Shown here piece by piece: positions 1 through 11,121 of a stretch of DNA of 64,000 bases. The notes beneath the pieces are model-generated. The model did no database searches. It worked only from the letters and a program-made list of their open reading frames with translations, and was not told the DNA's origin. The position numbers and the translations under genes were made by a program. The stretch's first letter is position 1. Each line of letters begins with the position of its first letter. This DNA is from Azolla caroliniana (Eukaryota; Plantae; Polypodiophyta), in NCBI GenBank assembly GCA_043228905.1, contig JBHGNT010000013.1, positions 12,152,001-12,216,000 of the forward strand, written 5' to 3'.

Positions 1-1
1 G

Positions 2-1252
2 GGACTGCTATACCGGCGAGGTATACCCGAAGAGCTTGTCGGTTACACAGATGCTGACTGGGCCGGCGATGCGTCTAATCGCTGCTCCACTTCCGGATAC
101 ATGTTCTCCATAGGTAGCGCGGCCGTTGCGTGGAGCAGCAAGAAGCAGCCCACAGTGGCTTTGTCAAGCACTGAGGCTGAGTACCGGGCCGCTACTGTTG
201 CCACTTGTGAAGCCATCTGGCTTCGGCGACTGCTGCGAGACTTGCGGATCGAGGTACCGACCCCGATCTCGATTTACTGCGATAACATGAGCGTACAGCT
301 CGCCAGGAACCCTGTGTTCCATGCTCGCACAAAGCACATCGAGATGCACTACCACTTCGTGCGTGAGCAGGTCCTGAACAGTGAAGTTGACCTACGGTAT
401 GTTCATACGGATCGGCAAGTTGCCGACATCTTCACCAAGCCGCTCGGATCGGACAAGTTGCAGTACTTTACCGACATGCTTGGTATTCAGCATCTCGACG
501 TGCCGCACATGAGGGGGAGAAGCAAGGGCAAAGTCTCTACCGAAACAGGCAAAGGCCAAAAACCTGTTGAACCCGTTGGTAAGAGGAGAGCCAGAAGAAG
601 AGGAGACAAGAAGATGAAGGAAGCCGAGTCGACGAAGGAAGTCGACACATCCGAACAGGTCGGAGCAAGCGGCTGTGAAGAAGAGTTGTGCACTCAGGAA
701 GAGAAGCGCATGCTGTGCGAAGGTCATCACGACGGTACTGACCATGATACAGAGTCGAATGAAGAATTCGATTTCGGTTCGCCGGCTGAAGAAGCCGAGG
801 GAAGCATGGAGAAGGCCAAGACTCGGAAGTGGTCCGATGTGGTGAGAGGCCTGACGCCGGAAGTCGAATCGGAGTGTACCGATTCGGACAAGAGCTGGAA
901 CGAGTCGGAGACAGCTGACTCGGATCAACAGATGGATCCGGATGAGACGGATCGACTGAAGGCCAAGGGGACACGGACACAGCAGAAGTCGATGCCATCG
1001 TGGGAGAACCGACGGATCGGCAAGCGCCGGAGTCACAGCAACGTGAGTGCTGAGATGGGCCTATTGAGCATACATGCCGATCGAGAGGGTCGAGGCGCGC
1101 AGAACCAAAGGGGTCGCGGCAAACGGGACCGGACCGGACGAGGAGCGCGAGCAAGGCGGAGTGACACCAGGAGAAGTCGGTTGGAAGAACCGACTGCCAC
1201 AGAGGTCGACACTGCGACCCCACCTCAGGTTGAGCTTGAGGGGGAGTGTTGA
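2..1252 (+). CDS. Copia pol C-terminus (RNase H) with a ~245-aa charged in-frame extension; 5' partial
   Basis: Frame is open from position 2 (GLLYRRG...GYTDADWAGD) through ORF 101..1252. The stop codon lies just inside the LTR. Confidence 0.8.
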   Translation, partial: GLLYRRGIPEELVGYTDADWAGDASNRCSTSGYMFSIGSAAVAWSSKKQPTVALSSTEAEYRAATVATCEAIWLRRLLRDLRIEVPTPISIYCDNMSVQLARNPVFHARTKHIEMHYHFVREQVLNSEVDLRYVHTDRQVADIFTKPLGSDKLQYFTDMLGIQHLDVPHMRGRSKGKVSTETGKGQKPVEPVGKRRARRRGDKKMKEAESTKEVDTSEQVGASGCEEELCTQEEKRMLCEGHHDGTDHDTESNEEFDFGSPAEEAEGSMEKAKTRKWSDVVRGLTPEVESECTDSDKSWNESETADSDQQMDPDETDRLKAKGTRTQQKSMPSWENRRIGKRRSHSNVSAEMGLLSIHADREGRGAQNQRGRGKRDRTGRGARARRSDTRRSRLEEPTATEVDTATPPQVELEGEC

Positions 1253-1639
1253 GCGGCAAGCTCAACTGGAGCCGGATCGGCTAAATAAGCTAGAGCCGGT
1301 AAGCAAGACGGATCGGGCGAAACGGATCGGTATGACGGTGAGCAACCGAACCGACAAGCAGTGGAGGCTGAGTGCAATCCGTAACCGGAAGTCCAATCGG
1401 AAGCCTAGTATAGGATAGACTACTAGGTAGCTACAGTCTCGTAGCAAGTGTCAGATGCTCGTGTGAGCATTGAAGTACATGGTACTTCTGTCAGTCCCAA
1501 GAGGACTTGTATAAATAGTGCTACTTAGCACAGTGTGTGTACAGAGTTTTGATATAATTTTGAAATTGTGTTCTGCTCTCTCTCTCTCTCTCTCTCTGTT
1601 GTTCTCTGTTTTATGCTTCCGCAAACACTTACGTTTACA
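1247..1639 (+). repeat. 3' LTR of Copia Z
   Basis: Follows the PPT, has TG...CA ends, TATAAATA near 1510 and a (CT)n tract. Confidence 0.8.
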
Positions 1640-3550
1640 GCGGCGTACCACGATAGTCCTTGGGCGGGACACCGTGGAACATGGGCCACGTTCGAAAAGC
1701 TAAAGGGGAAGTACTGGTGGCCGGGACTATATCGGGACGTGCATCGGTTCGTGACGACTTGCGAAAGCTGTCAGGCGCGCTCCATGATCCAACACCAGGA
1801 CGAGCTTCACCCGACCTACCCTCCGACCGTCCACTTCAAGTGGATGGTGGATTTGGTGATGATGCCAATGGGGGTAGGACAGATGCGGTATCTGGTGCTG
1901 GCTCGGGAGGATCTAATGAACCAGGTTGAAGTCTGAGCCCTGCAGAACAAGACGACTGCAGTCGTGTGCCGGTTTTTGATTGAGGACGTGGTATGTCGAT
2001 AAGGGTGCGTAGGGAAGATCGTGGCTGACCGTGGTGAGTTGGACGCAGAAGAGGCCGAAGAGTTGTTCGACCGGCTAGGAGTCAAACTTTCGCTCACCAC
2101 AGCGTACAATCCGGAGGCGAACGGGAAGGTAGAGCGCGGACACGGGCCGGTTGTCAAAGCGCTAGTACGGGCGTGCAGAGGCCCAGTCGGGAACTGGCCA
2201 CGGCTGCTGCCTTATGCCTTGTGGGCGAACCGGACTACGCACAGTTCGGTAACCGGGTTCATGCCGGCAGAGCTTATGTTCGGACAGAAGCCGATCATGC
2301 CAACAGAGCGAACAATCTCCTCGTGGGCCACGGTGGACTAGAGGGATGAGATGAGCAAGGAGGAACTGTTGGCGGCGCGGATTCGACAGCTCGAGCGGAG
2401 GCCGGAGGACATAGAGCGAGCCGCGGAAAAACTTCGGGTAGCGAGGATAAGGAACAAATCCCGGTTCGACTGAACACACCGGCTCCGACCAAGGAAGATC
2501 GAGGAAGGCGACTAGGTGTTAGTCTACGACAGCAGCCTCGACAATCAGCACAGGGCCACGCGGAAGTTTGCGAGGAGGTGGTTCGGGCCTTACGTAGTAA
2601 CAGGCACCAACGACAATGGGACGTACCATCTCGCGGAGCTCGACGGTACGAGAATGGCGATACCGGTAGCGGGGAAGATGATCAAAGCATTCAAGAAACG
2701 ACACGACGGTGAGCCGGAGCTAGGGGGCATGGACAGCAATGACGAGCAGCCCGAGGCGGAGGACGAATTGGTAAACAAGGAATAAAAGCAAGGACTTGTT
2801 TTCTCCAGTAGGAACCCAATTTTGGCGCATATCGGTGGATGCGCGGTTAGGTGGGGGTGGATGTCGTGAAGAAAACCGTACCCAGGCGCAAACCGTGTAT
2901 AGCGTGTGTGAACCGGCCCTTACACGTGGGCACGCCCCTTGTTGTATAGTAGATAGGTAGGCACAAAAGTCGAATCCTAGGTAGCAAGATTCTATAGGGA
3001 GAATCGAGGAGTATCTCTGTCTGAAAGGACAGAGAATTAATGCGATGTAAACGGGTGAAACGGCCTCCCTCCTTGAGCTATAAAAGAGAGGGAGACGGGG
3101 AGAGAAGGTATCGCGCGCTAGAGGGGACGAAGTGCTGTTGGACTAGGACTGAGCTCTTCTTCTCTGTCGTTCTCCATAGCTTTCTTTTGCGCAGGTTCTC
3201 AGGAGGCTGATTCTGCTCCGTGGAACGCCCGTGTGCTTCCGACAGAATCTCCATCTTGCTCCCCTGTGTGCATGGGTGGGTGATCAGGCGTCGGCATCCA
3301 TCTCGCCGACCTGATCGGATGTAACCGTTCGAGTCGTCCGCATACATACAAATACATACATATTTTTATATACATACGCTAGTGTTCTCAACTCGTGTCT
3401 CCTGTGTTGATTGGGCCGCGTCCTCGTGCGCTTCTTTGTCTATACGTGTGTGAGCGTCTCTCTCTTTCTCCCTCTTTTCTCACCTATTCCTCAGTCCAAG
3501 ACCCTAGTGCTCCCGCCTTGTTCTCCACGCACGCGCGTAGCAACTCGACA
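1640..3550 (+). mobile_element. Ty3/Gypsy element Y, degenerate integrase and 3' LTR (relative of element D)
   Basis: Integrase fragments (YWWPGLYRDV, VADRGELD, YNPEANGKVER, WFGPY) with several stops. PPT GGTGGGGGTGGA, then LTR TGTCGTG...CGACA at 2862-3550. Clearly homologous to D on the opposite strand. Confidence 0.9.
2862..3550 (+). repeat. 3' LTR of Gypsy Y
   Basis: TGTCG...CGACA inverted termini, TATAAAA at ~3079. Aligns by eye to the reverse complement of the D LTR. Confidence 0.85.
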
Positions 3551-4789
3551 CCAGACAAGATCTCGAATCGGATGAGGATGAGGAACAGACGGAGGAACCA
3601 GTAGTCAGAAACTAGGGACGGAGATATCCTCTCCGGGAGAGAAGAGCCCCACGAAGATTTCCGGATGCAGAGCACATGTTGCTAACCGATGAGGGGGAGC
3701 TGGAAAGCTTCGAAGAAGCGAAGAGAGACACCTACAGCCGCAAGTGGTTGAGTGCCATGTAGGATGAGATGGATTCCCTACATGAGAACCACACGTATGA
3801 ACTGACGAAGTTGCCGAAAGGGAAGAGAGAACTCCGGAACAAGTGGGTGTGCAAGCTAAAACCGAGAGATGCCGGAAATCCACCAAGGTATAAGGCCCGA
3901 ATCGTGGGGAAGGGCTTCCAGCAGAAGAAAGGAGTAGGCTTCGATGAGATCTTTGCCCCCGTAGTAAAGATGACATCCATCCGGACGGTATTGGGCATAG
4001 CGGCAATCATGGATCTCGAGGTAGAGCAACTGGACGTGAAGACGACATTCCTCCATGGGGACCTTGAAGAAGAGATCTACATGCATCAATCGGAAGGATT
4101 TGAGAAGAAAGGGATGGAGCACCTGGTGTGCCGGCTGAAGAAGAGCTTATACCAACTGAAGCAAGCTCCCCGGCAATGGTACCGGAAGTTCGACTCCTTC
4201 ATGACCAACCAAGGGTACCACAAAACACAAGCCGATCATTGTGTGTTTGTGAAGAAATTTGACGGAGGAGACTTCTTGATACTACTCCTGTACCTGGATG
4301 ACATGTTGATCGTCGAACGAGACCAAGGCAAGATTCGGATGCTGAAGAAGGCTCTGAGCCAAACCTTCTCAATGAAAGACTTGGGTCTGGCAAGACAGAT
4401 ATTGGGAATGCACATCATCCGGGACCGGTCGAAGAAGGTGTTGTGGTTGTCACAGGAAAAGTACGTGACAAAGGTTCAACATGTCGAAGGCGAAACTGGT
4501 CAAATCAACACTTTTGGCAAACAGCAAGTTGTCCAAAAAACAAAGCTCGAGGACAAAGGCGGAGAAGACGGATATGATGAAGATACCATATGCCTCTGCC
4601 ATCGGAAGCTTGATGTACGCGATGGTATGTACTCGGTCGGACATCGGATATGCAGTCGGAGTGGTGAGCCGATTCATGAGCAATCCCGGAAGAGAGCACT
4701 GGAACGTGGTCAAGTGGATACTCCGGTATCGGAAAGGCACTTCGAGTATGTGCCTCCGGTTTGGCTCCGATAATCCCCAACTTGACGAT
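3551..4789 (+). pseudogene. Copia A pol (IN-RT linker, RT, start of RNase H), degenerate; same family as E/F
   Basis: ORFs 3769..4773 and 4481..4807 give RT (YKARIV, QLDVKT, LLYLDDMLI) with stops and a frameshift. Near-colinear with the E/F protein. Cut at ...NPQLD by the B 5' LTR. Confidence 0.9.
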
Positions 4790-5229
4790 TGTTGTCCGCC
4801 GGAATAGTAACCAACGGACAAAAGCGTAGGAATAAGAAACTATAAAAGAGCATAACGCATGTAACGGTTCACGCAGGAAGCGTGAACGGCTAATTAGACC
4901 CTACATATATAAAGGGCAGAAAACCTCTTATGGAGGGGCGTGTAATTTTGGGAATGTAAAGAAACACCTGATAATAGAATTCTATCTTCTCTGATTTTCT
5001 GTGTATAATTGCGGCTAATTCAGTGTCGGTGTCTTGGATACTTAAGCGTTGTAGTACGTAAGTGTAGCCCTTGATAGGGATTCGGTTGTAGCCGTCTTCC
5101 CTTATACGCGGAGAGGTTACAGGGGTTCTCCCCTTACGCATTACGCTTAAACCCCTGTTCGTTGTTCCACACCCACCTTGAGGTCTAGGTCGAAGGACTG
5201 ACCACGGACCGTGTTCCTAAACGGCAACA
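4790..5229 (+). repeat. 5' LTR of B
   Basis: TGTTG...CAACA; direct repeat of 36428-36867. Confidence 0.95.
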
Positions 5230-5339
5230 CTTTTGGCACACCTGGTGATCTATGTTTCCTCACAGACGAGCAACAACGAATGGTTGTTTAGCTGCAGACG
5301 ACCCAGAGAACCAACACGACAAGATCGGCCAATAACAAG

Positions 5340-8300
5340 TGTTGAAGACAAGGCCGTGTCGATGCGGAAGATCAAGTAGCATTCGATTCGAGTTGAGTAC
5401 CTGCGTATGACAGTTTCTAAGATCGTGCACAGAGAGAGAGAGAGAGACACAAAAGACTTTCTATTCAATAGAAAACAATAATACAACCCTAACACAACCA
5501 ACCTTACAAGAAGGTTACAAGGTCACTTTATATAGTGACCGACTTAGGGCAACTACCATTTATGCTAATTACACAAATGGCCCAAACTTGATCTATACAA
5601 AGGGATAGTGTGAATACGTCCATTATACACTTGTATTCGACACTCCCCCGTAATGGGCGTATACATGGGTTATCTAAGATTACAGGTATAAGCCTAGGTT
5701 CTCGGACATATCAGTTTTGTTCGAGTCGGCAGGGTCCGAAGGCAGAAGACCGAACTGGTCGGGTCGGAAGAGTTGAAGCCGATCATTAAGGAACTGATGT
5801 CGGTTGTCTGAAACCATCCTGCGCTGTGTCCGGCTCTAACCGGACTGGTTTGTCGTTACGCCCATCTAATGCCGAAGGGACCGAAAGCGGTCTGCCGAAA
5901 GACACTTGGTCATTCCATCTGCGACATTGTCGGTTGTGGATATTTTCTCTAGACCGATTTTCCCTGAAATGACGCAATCCCGAACGAAGTGATATCGAAC
6001 GTCGATATGTTTGGAGGCGTTGTGGTGAACCGGATTTCTCGACAAGGCAACAACACCTTGACTGTCGCTATAGACAACTGGACCCGAGTCGTGGTCGACT
6101 TGCCGAAACGTGTGCGCCAGCCGGCCGAGCCACAAAGCTTCTTTTGCAGCGTCGGACGCAGCTACATATTCTGCTTTGGTCGTTGAGGTCGTTGTGCACT
6201 CCTGAAGTTTCGACTTCCACGAAATTGCTCCATTGCCGAATTTGAAGCAGTATCCAGTTGTTGATTTCCGACTGTCTATACAGCCGGCGAAGTCCGAGTC
6301 GGTGTAACCGACTACGCCTGAGGTTGAGTTCGGACCGAAAAGAATGCCGTGGTCTTTTGTGCCAGCCAGATATTTGAACACATGCTTGACTGCGTTCCAA
6401 TGCGATCGGCCAGGATTGTGCATAAATCTGCTAACGACTCCTACGGCATGAGAGATATCAGGTCGTGTCGCGACCATCAGGTACATAAGGGAGCCGACTG
6501 CCGGTGCATACGGTACCGACTTCATATCTTCCCCCTCCGGACCGGATGTCGGGCAGTCTCGCTGAGAGAGCCGAAGATTCATGGGGAGCGGGGTTGAAGC
6601 AGATTTGGCTGATTGCATGTTGAAGCGTTCCAAGACACGTCCGATATAGTCGGTCTGAGACAAAAAAAGATGTCGTTTATCGCGATGCCGACTAATCTTC
6701 ATGCCAAGTATGTGTCGTGCCGGACCGAGGTCCTTCATGGCAAACTTCAACCGCAGTTGCCGAATGAGATCGGCAAGTTCGCCCGCGTGGCGTCCAGAAA
6801 TTAGCATGTCGTCCACGTAAATGATGAGGAAGATGGGTGATCCATCTTGAGCTGTGTTGGTAAAAAGACAATGGTCCTCATCGCTTTTTGAGAAGCCGAT
6901 CGATTGGATGAAGTCATCGAACTTCTTGTACCATTGTCGCGGTGCCTGTTTGAGGCCGTATAGACTCTTCCTGAGTCAGCAGACTAGATGTTCTTGGCCA
7001 GTTGCCACGAAGCCTTTTGGCTGCTCCATATAAATTTCCTCTTCAAGATCACCATGGAGGAAGGCTGTTTTGACATCTAGCTGAATCAGCTCCAAGTTGT
7101 CGGCTGCCACTACGCCGAGTAGAAAACGAAGGGTTGTCATTTTCACCACTGGTGAAAAAATCTCGTCGAAGTCGACGCCATATTCTTGTCGGAAGCCCTT
7201 CGCAACTAATCTGGCCTTGTACTTTGGGGTGGTCGAATCAGACGTCTCTTTTAGTCGATAAACCCACTTGCAAGGAAGAGCACGTCGATTCTTAGGTAAT
7301 TCGACCAGATCCCAAGTCTTGTTTGCCCGAATGGAGTGCATTTCCGACTCCATCGCCAGATGCCAGGTGGCTGAATCGACAGATGTCGATGCTTCTTCGT
7401 AAGACGTCGGTTCGCCGGCGTCGGTGAAGAAAATTCCAGGAGAATACCTCTCCGGAGGTTGCGACAGTCTCTCGGATCGTCGAGGTATGATTGGACTGGT
7501 CGCATCGGGTATCGAGGTCGGATGGTCCGAAAGCGAATCATTCGGCTGTGCCGAGTCAGAGTTGTCCGAGTCGGTAGTGTAAGGTTTAGCTACCCGTGAA
7601 GCTGACCGTGTGTTAAGAGCGGGGCCTTCTTGAAGGGTCGGCACATCGGAAAATGTTACCCTTCGGACTTCGATCGATTTTTCGACTGATGGATTCATAG
7701 CCGACTCGTTGAACACAACGTCCGAACTTCGAACGATTTGTCTGCGTTCGGGGTCCCAGAGTCGGTATCCCATTTCGCCGTCTGATCCATATCCAAGGAA
7801 AATGCATTTCCTGGACCGAGGTGCAAGTTTTCGGCGATCATCTTTCGGAATAAGGGCGTACACCTCGCATCCGAAGATCCTCAGCTTGTCGTAATTCGGC
7901 TTACTGCCGATCCATAGTTCCTGAGGAATTTGAAGTCCTAGAGGTCTACTTGGCGACATATTGATTATGTGTACTGCCGTGAGTAGAGCCTCTGCCCAGA
8001 AGCCATCCGACAGTCCGGAGTGTTGGAGCATGGAAACTATCCGTTCTTGGATTGTCCGATTCATTCGTTCTGCAATCCCGTTTTGCTCCGGACTGTGTGG
8101 TGCCGTAAATTCACGTCGGATGCCGCGTTGTCGGCAGAATTTGACGAATTCTTCGGATTTGAACTCTCCCCCATTGTCAGTCCGAAAGCATTTCAGTTTT
8201 CGGTCAGTTTGATTTTCTACCATAGTGAGCCAGTCGGAGAAGATCGAGAAGACGCGATCTTTGGTGCGAATTGGATAAGCCCACACCTTTCGAGTCGAAT

Positions 8301-10938
8301 CGTCAATAAAACTGACGAAGTAAGAGGCACCGCCGAGAGACTGATGCGGCATTGGGCCACAGACGTCCGAGTGGACTAAATCGAGAGGTCTCGTTTCTCT
8401 TGGTGCTGATGTCGGGTGTGATGCGGCTGCTTGTTTGCCATACTGGCAATGTTCGCAGAATTGATGGTCCGAGAAGGAGAGTTTAGGGATGTATCCGGCT
8501 CTAGATAGGTGCGTAATGCCGGCCTTGCTGAGGTGTCCTAATCTTCTGTGCCATAGTGATGACACAGGAATATCCACCAAAAACAGGTTACCCTCTCTGA
8601 GCGTAACATGTAACGGATACAGTGAGTGTATCTTGGGTCCTCTAGCAAGCAGGAGGTTCCCCCTGTGGAGTGTCCACCCTCCCGAAGAAAAACCGGCACG
8701 AATGCCGTCTTCATCTAGTTGTCCGACTGAGATCAATGGCCTTGAGAGCTCGGGTACATGTCGGACATTGTGAAGTACAAGTGTAGAGCCACCTGCAAGG
8801 TTGAGCTCTACTGTGCCGATTCCAATGATGTCACAGTGTTGCGAGTTGCCGACTCGAACTGAGTCGGAGTGACGGATCGTATATTGCCGAAATTGGGATC
8901 GATGAGGAGTCACGTGGAATGACGCGCCCGAATCTAAGAGCCATGTGCTCGATTCTTCAGTCGTGAGCAGAACTTCTGATCCGACTGGATTTTCGATTGA
9001 TAGTATATTCGGGTCGTTTGGTAGCACATCAGCTGAGAAGCTGACGTAATTGATCTCCTCATGCCGGCCACTCTTCTTGTCTGATTTCTGAGACTTGTCG
9101 TTCTTGTTCTTGAGTGCGCGGCAGTCGGCTTTGATGTGTCCGGGTTTCTTGCAATAGTTGCAGATTCGATTATCCCGTGACTGGCTCCGTCTTCGCTGAT
9201 TGTTCGGCTGCCGTGAGGAATCTCTTCCTCGTATGTTCGATCGGTCTGTCGAACCTTGTACTACATAAGCGTCGTCTGTTGAGTCTTTGGCGAAAGACTT
9301 TCTCCGAGCTGCTTCGGTCAGGATTGCGCTCGTGACTTCGGAGTATTTAACAGCCGTGGTTGACGCGTTGCACACGGTTGTGACGAAAGTTTCCCATGAT
9401 GAGGGAAGGCTGCTCATGAGTATCATTGCTCTGAGTTCATCCTCGATTGCCGTCCCCTGAGATGAGATTTGGGAGCTTATGCTTTCGTACTCATTGAGAT
9501 GTGCTTGAACCGAATCTGATTCTTTCATCCGCAAGTTGTAGAGGCGCCGGATCAGAAACATCTTTGTTGCAGCGACCTTCTTTTCGTAGGTGTCCGACAG
9601 TGTTTTCCACAGTTCGAATGCTGTCGTACACGATTGCACCGTAAAGTATACCGATTCCGATAGGTGCATCCGAATCGTGGCGCGGACGATTCTGTCCAGC
9701 TTCTGCCACTCAATTGGTTTGTATCCTTCTGGAGGTTCTTCATTTTCGATGGGATCGATTTGCCCCTTGACTATGAGATAGTCCTGCATTTGCTCCTTCC
9801 AGAAGTTGAAGTTCGATCCATCGAACTTTCGTAGACTCATTTCTGACGAGCCGGATGTTGATGCCATCAAATTTGGTTTCGGTTGACGAAGCTCGGTTCG
9901 GAGTTGACTACGAACCTTGTTGGAGTGCAGCCGGTTGGCTCACCCGATATCGTTCTAGTCGGATTTGAACCCGAGTCGGTTCGGCTTCGGATATATGTAT
10001 TGTTGAACTTGCTCGAATTGACTCCGGTAACTTGAGGGACAGAACCGACTGGTCTTCCCGAATGTTGCCGAGTCGGAGTGAGCCCGGTTCGCTTCCGAAT
10101 ATATATGCCAAATACCGATTATTGAAACCGATTGTCTGGACCGATTCTGCTTCGGGTGACTGCAGCGACGAGAGAGGCGGATCCAACTGATCCTCCCGAA
10201 TGTCGATCAGCCGGATGAAGCACGAATTGGGGTTGTTGTCTTGAGACCGATCTGCACCAAGTGGTTACAATGAGCGGCGAGCAGCGTTTGATGACCTCTT
10301 CGGATGCCGTTTAACCGAGTGGAGCACGATCGTGTCAATGTTGCACAAGGGGATTTCACCTCGAGCGGTTACGATCACAAGGAACAGAGTACAACCGGCT
10401 GGCTTACTCCAAGCGAAGATGATCTAACGCGATGAGATGCAAGCCTCGTTTCTCTTCTTCTTCTCTGTTTCTTCGAATGGCGCAAGAAGCCGAATGCTTT
10501 GCAGACTAGGATGAAGCGAAAGGCCGAATACTGTGCAGGCTGTGATGAAGCGAAGAACCGACTGCTGTGCAGGCTGAGACGACGGCCGACAGCGGGTTGA
10601 GGGACCTCAGCTCTTATACCAAATGTTGAAGACAAGGCCGTGTCGATGCGGAAGATCAAGTCGCATTCGATTCGAGTTGAGTACCTGCGTATGACAGTTT
10701 CTAAGATCGTGCACACAGAGAGAGAGAGAGAGACACACACACACACAAAAGACTTTCTATTCAATAGAAAACAATAATACAACCCTAACACAACCAACCT
10801 TACAAGAAGGTTACAAGGTCACTTTATATAGTGACCGACTTAGGGCAACTACCATTTATGCTAATTACACAAATGGCCCAAACTTGATCTATACAAAGGG
10901 ATAGTGTGAATACGTCCATTATACACTTGTATTCGACA
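5340..10938 (-). mobile_element. Ty1/Copia element C, full length, young
   Basis: LTRs 5340-5642 and 10624-10938 (one substitution plus microsatellite length change). Perfect TSD ACAAG. PBS TGGTATAAGAGC (tRNA-iMet type, one mismatch) and PPT CGGGGGAG on the minus strand. Confidence 0.95.
5836..9867 (-). pseudogene. Copia C gag-pol with two premature stops
   Basis: Gag (CNYCKKPGHIKADC), PR (WLLDSGAS), IN (VHSDVCGP, DNGGEF), RT (IYVDDMLI) and RH in one frame. TGA at 6976-6978 and TAG at 5866-5868, both consistent with C->T changes. Confidence 0.88.
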
Positions 10939-11121
10939 ACAAGGTCCGTCACACGCCAGGCAGAAGAACGCGCACAGCAAAAGCCACGCATCAGCGACCT
11001 CAGTACTACCTGTCGTGAGTGGAAAGGGGATTCTTCGCTCCCCAAATACCTCGACGAGACGCGGGGACCACGCTCACCACAACCACCCTGTGACCTTTCC
11101 CGATCCGCCGTAGCTCCCACT

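Larger units (their letters stand above)
1..1639 (+). mobile_element. Ty1/Copia LTR retrotransposon Z, 3' part (5' end outside window), inserted into the integrase of Gypsy Y
   Basis: Copia RNase H motifs (GYTDADWAG, SSTEAEY, HARTKHIE, ADIFTKPL). PPT GAGGGGGAG at 1238-1246, LTR TGTTGAG...TTTACA at 1247-1639. Gypsy integrase sequence (AAYHDSPWAGH) resumes at 1640. Confidence 0.9.
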
